Source of the DNA: a virus
Direction: 5' to 3' (one strand)
IMG/VR virus record: IMGVR_UViG_3300036939_000074
DNA: 64,000 nt
The notes under the pieces were generated by a model that was not told where the DNA came from, made no database searches, and saw nothing but the letters and a program-made list of their open reading frames with translations. Below are positions 35,037 through 43,750 of this stretch, in pieces. Each line of letters opens with the position of its first letter. Within the stretch, counting starts at the first letter, position 1. Made by a program: the position numbers and the translations under genes.

Positions 35037-35474
35037 CTAGAAGCGTTCGATGTAGTAGTAGGTTTCGTCTTCGAGGCAGTTGAGGATTTGCAGTAGTGTG
35101 CCGAGGTTAGAGGAAGCTTTTAAGCAGTCTTCAGCAGAAAAATACTCCTCAGCGGGACTTTTGCAGTATTCTAAATCGTCATCGTCTCTAGAATAATACT
35201 CACTAGAACAACCGTCGTTAAATCGCTTGAGCAGTAAAGCGCTTTCTGTGGCGATTGCCTCTAACAGGAAGGTTTTGAGCTTTTTGCGATTGATTTTTGT
35301 AAGTCGGGTGAAGAAGAGTTTTGTATCATCTCCTTCCATCGTTCTGATGGTCGCTCTAGATGTAGTGATAATCTTAGAAAACTCTGACTGCTTGAGTTGA
35401 TTGTAAAATTCGGCTGTTATATCTATGCAGGAAATATGCAGCCCGAATATTGAGTAGAAGTTAATTTTTGTCAT
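35037..35474 (-). CDS. Hypothetical protein (paralog of 36228)
   Basis: S-FSKI...EG...LTK-NRK...FLL-AIATESA shared. Confidence 0.7.
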   Translation of the reverse strand: MTKINFYSIFGLHISCIDITAEFYNQLKQSEFSKIITTSRATIRTMEGDDTKLFFTRLTKINRKKLKTFLLEAIATESALLLKRFNDGCSSEYYSRDDDDLEYCKSPAEEYFSAEDCLKASSNLGTLLQILNCLEDETYYYIERF

Positions 35475-35507
35475 GAGCTTATTAATTGTGGCGAAGGAGC
35501 TGGAGTC

Positions 35508-36212
35508 TTAAAATAACTCCCATGAGGGCTGACGGTGTTCAAAGATGTAGCTGATAGCAAAGTTTTGGAAGTACTCAGGTGTACCGAGCCATGTCTGCAT
35601 CTCATCCTTGAACTTCTCAAAGTTGGTGGTGGAGGGATTGCAGCCAGCGGCAATGAGTCGTTCTTCGATGTCGTCGTAATGCCAGTAGTGAAACAACAAT
35701 TCACCGCCGTATTCTTTTTCTAGGTGATGAATGATTTCAGCCGGACTTAAGTCAGAAAGCGCCGATTCACTTTTGTAGGTGTTGAAGAGCGGCAACTCAT
35801 CGTCATCAGAGTAGTCGTATGTTTTATCTGTGGCGGGCTGAAAATCAGGGATTGAACTCTCGCTGTCATAGCTCCAGTCGTTAAGGAAATTCGCACATTC
35901 AAACAGGGTGTCGGGGTGGTGTTGGATGCCGTCAAAGGTATCTTGGTCGCACAGTCCACACCCGCCGTATAACTCTCGTTGGGCGTTTTGGATTTCGTCT
36001 AAATATAATGAGCTGAACAGGAATGGTGCTTTTAATGCTTTAGCGGTGTTTCGTGCTGTTTGTTCTAGTTCTTCAGTCTTGTCATTGCCGCCTTCAGGTG
36101 ACAAGTCGATGGAGGTGAGAATGAGTTCGTCGTTAATAGCAAATGTGGAGATTGAAAAGGTGCCATTGTGGCTGCTACCCGCTCGCAGAATAGCGTATTT
36201 GATTTCGGTCAT
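35508..36212 (-). CDS. Acidic hypothetical protein
   Basis: 234-aa ORF containing CGLC. Confidence 0.6.
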   Translation of the reverse strand: MTEIKYAILRAGSSHNGTFSISTFAINDELILTSIDLSPEGGNDKTEELEQTARNTAKALKAPFLFSSLYLDEIQNAQRELYGGCGLCDQDTFDGIQHHPDTLFECANFLNDWSYDSESSIPDFQPATDKTYDYSDDDELPLFNTYKSESALSDLSPAEIIHHLEKEYGGELLFHYWHYDDIEERLIAAGCNPSTTNFEKFKDEMQTWLGTPEYFQNFAISYIFEHRQPSWELF

Positions 36213-36227
36213 TGCTTTTAGCCTCGA

Positions 36228-36638
36228 TTAGATGCGCTCGATGTAGTAGAAAGTTTCGTTTTCGATGCAGCTGAGAAGCTCTAGCAGTGTGGCGAGGTTG
36301 AAGGAAGCTTCTGTGTAATCCATTATTTCTATGCCTTGCATCGCGTTGTAAGTGTCACCGCCCAGTTGTTGCTCTTTGGAAGCTAACGTTTTGAGCATGG
36401 CAGCGCTCTCTGTTGCGATCGCATTTAACAGGAAGGTTCTGAACTGTTTACGATTGGCTTTGGTGAGCTTGATTAAAAGCAGTTCTGTTTTCTCTCCTTC
36501 GATTGTGAGCTTCGTCAATTTAGATGCGCCACCAATTTTGGAGAAGTCTGACCGCCCTAGTTGCTGATAGAGATTAGTTGTTAGGTCTAGGCAGGCATTT
36601 TTTTGCCCGTCTTTGGAGTGGAATTGAATATTTAACAT
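36228..36638 (-). CDS. Hypothetical protein (paralog of 35037)
   Basis: Shared motifs; both end E-ET-YYIER. Confidence 0.7.
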   Translation of the reverse strand: MLNIQFHSKDGQKNACLDLTTNLYQQLGRSDFSKIGGASKLTKLTIEGEKTELLLIKLTKANRKQFRTFLLNAIATESAAMLKTLASKEQQLGGDTYNAMQGIEIMDYTEASFNLATLLELLSCIENETFYYIERI

Positions 36639-36668
36639 GGGTTTAAACTTTTTGTTTTATATACTTAT

Positions 36669-36698
36669 ATTGTAACATAAGCTCTACTTATACATCAA
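36669..36698 (-). promoter_or_regulatory. sigma70-like promoter
   Basis: TTGATG-18-TACAAT. Confidence 0.5.
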
Positions 36699-36811
36699 TA
36701 GATATCTGTGTGTTTTTGAATATATCGCCCTATCAAATGACACGTTTTCATTTCTAGCCATGACTCGGCAAGCTTTGCCAGCTTAAAATTGTGTTAAACC
36801 TCGGTGCCTCT

Positions 36812-37900
36812 ATGTGCGATTCAGAGATCATTCAAATCCATGCTGACGCCCTGGCGCTGGCGATTAAAATCCAGGCAGCTGGCAGCAACTTTGAAACGAC
36901 ACATGAGGTGGATGGCCGCAAAATTACCGTTACCCGTGGCCCTGGGGGACAGTTTGCCTCGTCTCCCGATAACTCGGGTGGTAGCAGTGATGCTGTTAAG
37001 ACTCAATCACAAAACTTCGGCGCTAGCGTGGCAAAAACGCTTGGATTGGATAAGGCCGCAGCGGCGATCGCTAAACTACCCAAAGATGCGAAAGCGGGGT
37101 TTGACAGAATTCTGACTGATAATCCTATCGTCCAAGACGTTTCCAATAAACTCGTTGGGGAAACTAAGGACGGGTTTGACGCCGGTAATAAGCTAGCCAA
37201 AGACCTTAAAGGCACTGACTGGAAACAAATCCCCAAAAAATTTACCGATGGGGTGGCAGCCTTAGCCGAAGATATCAAGAAGAACAAGCAGGATTACCTT
37301 GTAGGGCTAGCCCTAGCTGGGGCGATGACTTTTGGCGTTGCTAGTGCGCTGAGTGCTGGTACTTTAGCTCAAGCTCTCCCTGGCGTTATTGGCGCTGCCG
37401 TAGAAACGGGAGATCTTACCGCTGTCGGATTACACCTACTTCAGTTGTTCGGTAAAGGCATGTGGGCGGCAATAGTAGGGCTTATCGTTGTTCCCCTGAT
37501 GGGGCAGGTTGTTATTGCAAAGGCATTCGGTGTCGCGCCACCGGAGAAGACGCCTGAAGAGCAAAAAGTTGAGGAGGAGAAGGCCAAGAAGAAAGCTGAG
37601 AGGGCTGCCCGACTTGCTGAGGCGACCGCTAGAGCAGTGGCTAGAGAGCAGCAAGACCCCACGGAGAGAAAGCTTGGTTACATGGGGATTGACATCGACT
37701 CACTGAAAAAAGCCCAAGAAAAAGCCAGTGAACAAGTCGTACAACAGCTTAAGGAAGAGATAAAAAACGCGGAAGCGGCTTGGACGAGCTACATGGATTC
37801 GGTGGGAGAAGCTGTCCCTCCAGAAAAGGCAGAACAAATGCGGAAGGAATTAAAATTGCACGTCAATCAAATTAGAGAATTAATTAGACAGAAAGATTGA
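36812..37900 (+). CDS. Leader-family protein 2 (hydrophobic central segment, coiled-coil tail)
   Basis: ADALALAIKIQAAGSNFETTHEVDGRKITVTRGPGGQFASSP; Ala/Gly-rich hydrophobic helices. Confidence 0.75.
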   Translation: MCDSEIIQIHADALALAIKIQAAGSNFETTHEVDGRKITVTRGPGGQFASSPDNSGGSSDAVKTQSQNFGASVAKTLGLDKAAAAIAKLPKDAKAGFDRILTDNPIVQDVSNKLVGETKDGFDAGNKLAKDLKGTDWKQIPKKFTDGVAALAEDIKKNKQDYLVGLALAGAMTFGVASALSAGTLAQALPGVIGAAVETGDLTAVGLHLLQLFGKGMWAAIVGLIVVPLMGQVVIAKAFGVAPPEKTPEEQKVEEEKAKKKAERAARLAEATARAVAREQQDPTERKLGYMGIDIDSLKKAQEKASEQVVQQLKEEIKNAEAAWTSYMDSVGEAVPPEKAEQMRKELKLHVNQIRELIRQKD

Positions 37901-37915
37901 AAGATATAGTTATTT

Positions 37916-39352
37916 ATGCTAATTACTTCCACTACCTTTTCTCGACAACGCATTAAGAGGCTCTCCGCTTTGCTCATATGTGCCCTAGCTAGTTCCCTTG
38001 TTAAAGGTGGGATATTTGACCAGCGCGTTACCTTGCTCCGTAATCAAATTAATTCTGTACACCAAGAAATCGTTAGCTTGGAGAAGCTTTCAAAAGCTGT
38101 TCGGTTAGCTGAATTTAATGAGATGGCCGCTGTTTTAGCAAGAGGTCGTTATGTTGATGAATATTTTGTGGATTATTACAAAGCGAAGGAGTCAGCCAAC
38201 TTAGAGATTGAATTCCTTTCTCGTACACTTGATACCCGTAAACTCAAGGCAGAACTTAATTCAAGGTTTACTGAGTTAGACAAAACAATTCAGCTCTTAA
38301 AACTAAAAAGAGATAAGGCAACACTCGATAACCTGACGACAAATAATCGCCTTTTATCAATGAAGCGGATAGTCGGTCATATAAACCAAATCGAAGCCCG
38401 ATCTTATTACAAACAGAACATTTTAACTCAAAAACTCAATCGCAATTTATGGTTGAGATACATCCTGTGGGTATTAACTTTAGTTTTTGCTGCCTCATCT
38501 TTTAGTTATGCGGCTTTTCTTCTATTAGCAACAAGGCGAGAACGATTAAAAACTCTAAAAACCCTACAGCTTAAAACGAGTGAGCAGGAAGAAAAGCTAC
38601 ATCAATTACAAGAAGAATCCCAAAAAACACATGCTGAGACCATGGCTCGGTTGCAAAGCAGCGAGGATAAGGAAGCTTTAAAAAATGTCATCCTTTCTAC
38701 TTTTTTGCACGACTCTCGTACCTATCTGGCTATTGTTAGAAGTTCAGCCGAGATTATGGAGGAATACGAAGGGAAGTTGAATTTACAGCAAAAAGAGAGG
38801 CATTACGGCAAAATTCATCGAGCTGTCGATTCATTATTGAGCTTAACAGATAATTCTCTACTGTTACTAAAAGACACAGATGCCAAGGTCAACACGTACT
38901 CCTTGGATTTAAGGCTTTTTTGTGAAGAGGAAATCGATAAATGGTGCCTTTTATGTAAAGGGACAGGACGAACTTTTAAATTTGAACAAAGTGGCATGGA
39001 ACGCCCTGTCATAACGAGTAAAATGCTTCTGACTCGTATGTTCGACAATTTGGTCGGAAATGCGATCAAGTATTCGGACCAAGAAATTGTGATTCGCCTA
39101 GATTTCACGAATCCCTCTCAAGTTGTACTTTCTGTAATTGATGCAGGTCCCGGAATTAAAGAGACCGAATTGCAGGGAATCTTCGATACTTGTATTCGCG
39201 GCAGCAACTCTGGGAGTGCGTCTGGCTTTGGGATTGGCCTTGCCAGTGTAAAAAGAGCAGCCCAAGTCTTGGAGCTTGGGCTGGATGTGTGGAGTGAAGA
39301 GGGGGTGGGAAGTGAATTTAGGATTATTTTTCGGGAGCCTCTAACTCCTTGA
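37916..39352 (+). CDS. Membrane sensor histidine kinase (orphan)
   Basis: Two TM segments; H-box FLHDSRTYL; NLVGNAIKYS, VIDAGPGI, GFGIGL. Confidence 0.9.
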   Translation: MLITSTTFSRQRIKRLSALLICALASSLVKGGIFDQRVTLLRNQINSVHQEIVSLEKLSKAVRLAEFNEMAAVLARGRYVDEYFVDYYKAKESANLEIEFLSRTLDTRKLKAELNSRFTELDKTIQLLKLKRDKATLDNLTTNNRLLSMKRIVGHINQIEARSYYKQNILTQKLNRNLWLRYILWVLTLVFAASSFSYAAFLLLATRRERLKTLKTLQLKTSEQEEKLHQLQEESQKTHAETMARLQSSEDKEALKNVILSTFLHDSRTYLAIVRSSAEIMEEYEGKLNLQQKERHYGKIHRAVDSLLSLTDNSLLLLKDTDAKVNTYSLDLRLFCEEEIDKWCLLCKGTGRTFKFEQSGMERPVITSKMLLTRMFDNLVGNAIKYSDQEIVIRLDFTNPSQVVLSVIDAGPGIKETELQGIFDTCIRGSNSGSASGFGIGLASVKRAAQVLELGLDVWSEEGVGSEFRIIFREPLTP

Positions 39353-40427
39353 TTTTCTCTTGCAACACTTCCAGTAATGCTTGCCGCTCCACTTCACTCA
39401 ATCCCTCGGCATTAATTTTGCGGGCATTGGCAATTACGATGGGTTCCTCTTTCTGCTTTTTGGGTAAGAGGCGACTGACCAGTGTTTTTGCCTGGGTTAC
39501 AGACAAATGACGAGTCATTATCTCCGTTACGCATTGGCTTCGCATAGCGATCGCTTCTGCTTCCGTTTCCAGCGCTGGCACCTTAAGCCGTGCTACTTCT
39601 CTGGCGTGGGTGGTTGGCAAACCCTCGCGGATAGCTTGTTTCAAATCCTCTGGAAATTCCAGAATTTTGAAAGTCATCATGTTTATGCTTGCAGGGTTTA
39701 ACCGCAAACTCAGCAATGTGGCAATGATTTGCCTTTCTTCGGTTGAGTTCAGATCTAACTCTTCAAGTTTTGCCCGCTGCACAGCCAACGGCTGGGTAAT
39801 AAGTCCCACAAGAAGATCGTACTGCCCATTCCGCTTCAACCTTGTTAGCCCTGTATTCAGGGTTGTAGTGATTTGTTTGGTCTCTAAGCTGGTGACACTT
39901 TTAAGTTCCTTAATTAAGGCTTCGGCTACATCCAGTCCGTTCAAATTTTCCCGGTGCAAATTGGCGACAAGGACTTGCCGATGTAATTCCTTATCTGGTC
40001 GAGCAATGGTCACGGCAGCCAACGTACTTTTTTGGATCAATTGACAGGCACGCCAACGGCGCTCACCATCAAAAATTAGATAGCTTCCGTCTTCATTATC
40101 GATCACAATAATGGGCTGTTGCTGTCCATCCTCTTGCAAGGATAAAGCCAGTGCAAGTAGAGAGTCGTGAGAGAATGTTTGTCGAGGCTGGCTGGGGTTG
40201 GGGCGAATCTTCTCAATTTCAATTTCGGAGACACTACCCCTTGTTGCAGCAGCAAGAGCTTGGAGTTCCTCTAATTTTGACTTCATTTCAACGGAGTCAC
40301 CGCTTGAAGAGCGTAATTCCTCAATTTCTTGGGTAAGTTGAGTAATCTGAGACTCAAGTTGCATCACTTGAGTCGTTTCCCCAAAAACTTCCTCCACGTT
40401 AAACGAACTTTTCCTAGACTTAGGCAT
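39324..40427 (-). CDS. parB: ParB family partition protein
   Basis: IRPNPSQPRQTF, GQQQPIIV, IFDGERRWRA, ANLHRENL; likely start MPKS at 40427. Confidence 0.9.
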   Translation of the reverse strand: MPKSRKSSFNVEEVFGETTQVMQLESQITQLTQEIEELRSSSGDSVEMKSKLEELQALAAATRGSVSEIEIEKIRPNPSQPRQTFSHDSLLALALSLQEDGQQQPIIVIDNEDGSYLIFDGERRWRACQLIQKSTLAAVTIARPDKELHRQVLVANLHRENLNGLDVAEALIKELKSVTSLETKQITTTLNTGLTRLKRNGQYDLLVGLITQPLAVQRAKLEELDLNSTEERQIIATLLSLRLNPASINMMTFKILEFPEDLKQAIREGLPTTHAREVARLKVPALETEAEAIAMRSQCVTEIMTRHLSVTQAKTLVSRLLPKKQKEEPIVIANARKINAEGLSEVERQALLEVLQEKIKELEAPEK

Positions 40428-40965
40428 GGGTTTCAGCCGGAATGGATAAACGAATCTGCCCAAAAACATTGCCACCGCCCGGTTCAGGGGAATCTCGATA
40501 CAAATAGTCTCGGATGTCTCGTTCGTCGCTGTGACGACACCAGCGCCAGGTGCCACTACCGTAATAAAAGTGCTTTGACCAGGCTTCCATCAATTGATGA
40601 ATGGTTTGGAGTCGATAGTTTCTCAAGTACTGCTTGATTACGGGTTGCTCTGAAGTCCAGGAATAATGCGCGAGTGTTGGCGTGTGAATGAGTGGGTTAG
40701 ACACCAGGGCCTTCATTTCGTCCAAACTCGCTGACCAGCGCACGAGCCAATCTTCGGCCATCGCTGTTGGTTGTTTATTGGCGAGTATGAGTTGCTGCGA
40801 TTTATGGAGTTCCTCAAACTCCCTTTCGCACTGGTTAACCCGAGCGATCGCTTTTTCAAGCTTGGCCTTTACGGGTGGATAGATGGCGGCTCGGCAATAA
40901 TCGGGTTCATTCTCCTGCTGGGTAACCAGGAGGTTTTCGGGTGTGATGGAAAACTTTCTTCTCAT
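40420..40965 (-). CDS. Hypothetical coiled-coil protein between parA and parB
   Basis: Overlaps the parA stop (ATGA) and the parB start (ATGCCTAA). Confidence 0.6.
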   Translation of the reverse strand: MRRKFSITPENLLVTQQENEPDYCRAAIYPPVKAKLEKAIARVNQCEREFEELHKSQQLILANKQPTAMAEDWLVRWSASLDEMKALVSNPLIHTPTLAHYSWTSEQPVIKQYLRNYRLQTIHQLMEAWSKHFYYGSGTWRWCRHSDERDIRDYLYRDSPEPGGGNVFGQIRLSIPAETHA

Positions 40966-41753
40966 GATTCTAAAGCCTCAACAACTGAAACAATTTGCTC
41001 AAAATCAGCGATCGCCGGGTGCCCAGCTCGGTGGAGATGCAGGGGCAACCCCTTTGCGGAGGCATTCTTCAATTCCGATGTATAGCGAATCGGCGCAAAA
41101 CACTTGAGACCCATTCCCTCAATCACCGGAACCAGGTCTTGATTGGAATGGCGATGAATCGCAATTCGCGCATCGTAGCGGGATGGCACAACTCCAATGA
41201 TTTGAGGCGCAGGCTTGAGCCGTAAGCGACGATTGATGTCCATAATCCAGGTGATCAAGGCTGCGATCGCACTTAGCGACTTTGGCTCTAATTCACAAGG
41301 AATTAGTACATGAGTACTCGCTGCTAGTGCAGCCAGGGGCAAGGGTCCCAAGGTGGCGGGACAGTCAAAGATAATAAATGAGTGCGGGAGGGGATAATCA
41401 TTCAGGCGATCTTGTAGGAAATAAGCGCCACGTTCATGCAGTACGAGTTCGTGAGCCGCTCGCACGAGAGACGTGTTGCTCTGGAGTAGTTCTATCTTGC
41501 CGTGGAGCTGTTCTTCCCATACTGGCCGTAGAGGCCAATCTCCGGCGAAACTATCTTTGAAGACCTCTGCCATTGTGCCTTCTTCCCCTTTGGGGCAAGG
41601 CAATCCCGTGAACAGGGAGAGGGAGCCTTGAGGGTCTAAATCCAACAATCCAACCGAATGCCCTTTAATTCCCAAGCTGTACCCTAGATGGGTGGCGAGG
41701 GTTGTTTTTGCCGCTCCTCCCGCGTTGGAGAGGATAGATATGCGAGTGGCCAT
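40962..41753 (-). CDS. parA: ParA family partition ATPase
   Basis: SNAGGAAKTT deviant Walker A, DLDPQGSL, IIFDCPATLG; start MATR at 41753. Confidence 0.92.
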   Translation of the reverse strand: MATRISILSNAGGAAKTTLATHLGYSLGIKGHSVGLLDLDPQGSLSLFTGLPCPKGEEGTMAEVFKDSFAGDWPLRPVWEEQLHGKIELLQSNTSLVRAAHELVLHERGAYFLQDRLNDYPLPHSFIIFDCPATLGPLPLAALAASTHVLIPCELEPKSLSAIAALITWIMDINRRLRLKPAPQIIGVVPSRYDARIAIHRHSNQDLVPVIEGMGLKCFAPIRYTSELKNASAKGLPLHLHRAGHPAIADFEQIVSVVEALES

Positions 41754-41759
41754 AAAAAA

Positions 41760-41795
41760 ATGATGTTGTATAAAATCGATTTTATACAACATCAT
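41760..41795. promoter_or_regulatory. Perfect 36-bp palindrome just upstream of parA
   Basis: atgatgttgtataaaatcgattttatacaacatcat. Confidence 0.8.
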
Positions 41796-41813
41796 CACAA
41801 ATGCGCGAACATT

Positions 41814-42611
41814 TTAAACTTGGCTTGTTACTGGAATTTGCTCGCTGCCAACGATGAGGTCACTGCGCTTGAGCCAGAGAACGAAAACTTTGCCGAATCC
41901 TTGTTCGGCTACATTCCACCCGTCAATATCGTTGGTATTGACTTCTTGAAGTTCATAATCTGCTATGATTTCCGCTTCCACCAAGCTACGACAACGTTGG
42001 GCTGTGTCTTGGCGAATTAATTCCCAAAACATTTCGACGGGGCCGGCGAGATTTTTATAGTGATAGTAAATAGCGAGTTTAATGGAAGTGCTTAAAATTG
42101 ATTGAGCCAAAGACCGGAGTGAGTCAGCATCTAACGGTTTACAGGTTGGCTCCCCAACCCCAGGACGGCGATAGCCAGACAAACTCGCAGGCGCATCAAT
42201 TTCTAAGTAGCTAGGGATTTCATCTACATCGCCGTTGTAGTTCTGATACAGCCATTTCAAGAACGGCTCATATAACGGGCCTACCCAAATCCGATGTTTC
42301 TCCAGTTCGTACTCGCAACCATCCCGATTGAGGACAGGGAAAATAGCACCTTCTCCAGTTTGGAGGTCGAAAACCCAAAGCCATTTTTTCACGTCATCCC
42401 AATATCCAATTTTTGCCAACAATGGAGAATTGCTTACCATTGAGATGTACGAAGTTTCGTCTTCGTCGAACTGAGCGACAATAAATTTTCCCCAATTAAC
42501 GAGTTGTGGTTGGCAAACTTCAACGATTTTTGATCTCATGATGCGCTCGAATGTGACTCTTGATGGCAATAATACTGGACAAGAGAAAATAAGTGACGCA
42601 TCAATAGACAA
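41814..42611 (-). CDS. Hypothetical protein (tandem paralog of 42666)
   Basis: NWGKF...WVFDLQTGEGAIFP...IWV-PLYEPFL-WLY; true start may be 42539. Confidence 0.75.
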   Translation of the reverse strand: MSIDASLIFSCPVLLPSRVTFERIMRSKIVEVCQPQLVNWGKFIVAQFDEDETSYISMVSNSPLLAKIGYWDDVKKWLWVFDLQTGEGAIFPVLNRDGCEYELEKHRIWVGPLYEPFLKWLYQNYNGDVDEIPSYLEIDAPASLSGYRRPGVGEPTCKPLDADSLRSLAQSILSTSIKLAIYYHYKNLAGPVEMFWELIRQDTAQRCRSLVEAEIIADYELQEVNTNDIDGWNVAEQGFGKVFVLWLKRSDLIVGSEQIPVTSQV

Positions 42612-42665
42612 AACACCCGATTATTATAAATGCGCGAACATTTTAAATATTGTTTCGTTCAGGCT

Positions 42666-43430
42666 TCACCCCGTTACAGAACTCGGCTCACTGTCAGCAG
42701 TGAAGCCGTTAGCTGTGAGCCGGAGGATAAAAATCTTACCAAATCTTTGAGTATTGTAGGCTTGCTCTTCAAGAAGAGTGTAGTTTGCGATCACTCTCTC
42801 TTCCACCAGCTGGCGGCAACGAACGGCAACCTCTTGGCGAATCAACTCCCAAAACACTTCCAAGGAGACAGCAACATCCTTTTTATAGCGTTTTTCAAGA
42901 ACAAATTTGATGGAGATATTTAGAATTGCCTGAGCCAATGCGCGGAGTGACTCCATATCCAACGGTTTACTGGTGAGTTCCCCAATTCCAGGACGACGAT
43001 AGCCATGCAGACTTGCAGGCACATCAATTTCTAAGTAATTAGGGATGTCATCTACATCGCCGTTGTAGTTTCGGTACAACCATTCTAGGAACGGCTCATA
43101 TAAGGGGCAAACCCAAATCTGATGTTTCTCTAGGTCGTACTGGCAACCACCTCGATTGAGGACAGGGAAAATTGCACCTTCTCCGGTTTGGAGGTCAAAA
43201 ACCCAAAGCCATGTTCTTAGATCCCCCCAATATCCAATTTCTGCCAGTAAGGGAAAATTACTGACAGCTGAGATGTGTGAGGCTTCCTGTTCGTCAAATT
43301 GAGCAATGATAAACTTGCCCCAGTTCACGGGCTGCGGTTGGCAAACTTCAACAATTTTTGACTTCATAATGCGTTGGATGTAGCTATACGGCAATGGTAC
43401 TGGACAAGGGAGATTCATAGACAAAAACAC
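42666..43430 (-). CDS. Hypothetical protein (tandem paralog of 41814)
   Basis: Highly similar over the first about 150 aa; true start may be 43367. Confidence 0.75.
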   Translation of the reverse strand: MFLSMNLPCPVPLPYSYIQRIMKSKIVEVCQPQPVNWGKFIIAQFDEQEASHISAVSNFPLLAEIGYWGDLRTWLWVFDLQTGEGAIFPVLNRGGCQYDLEKHQIWVCPLYEPFLEWLYRNYNGDVDDIPNYLEIDVPASLHGYRRPGIGELTSKPLDMESLRALAQAILNISIKFVLEKRYKKDVAVSLEVFWELIRQEVAVRCRQLVEERVIANYTLLEEQAYNTQRFGKIFILRLTANGFTADSEPSSVTG

Positions 43431-43455
43431 CCGTTCTCAAGAGAGCGGGTGTTTT
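43424..43455 (-). terminator. Intrinsic terminator
   Basis: aaaacacccg...cgggtgtttt. Confidence 0.6.
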
Positions 43456-43750
43456 CATTACTTATTGTCTTAAAATGATTCTTTCAAAAAGAGATATTCT
43501 TTGGTTTCTGTAGCCAGGTGAGGCAGCGCTGGCTCTAGGGCGTCGGTTAAATTCTTTAACACCAGTTCTAGGGCTGTTTGACCAGAGCGGCGCTCGTAAC
43601 TATCGGGCGTTCCTCCCATGTCTTCGTAAAATTGATAGAGACGGGCTTTTAATCCAGTCTTTTCCGTTCCAAACCAGTGCGCGGAGGTATTGGATAAATA
43701 TTCACGTAGCTATAGCATTTTTAATGCCTTTGTGACAACAAAAAACTTAA

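Noticed and set aside
41814-43430. Protelomerase next to the 36-bp palindrome
   Set aside because: No tyrosine-recombinase-like R-K-R-H-Y pattern recognised
43470-43709. Coding-looking open frame (EYLSNTSAHWFG...KESF) after the HExxH gene, possibly an orphan C-terminal cassette
   Set aside because: In-frame stop just upstream, first ATG gives only 49 aa, and no similarity to any other ORF here that I could see
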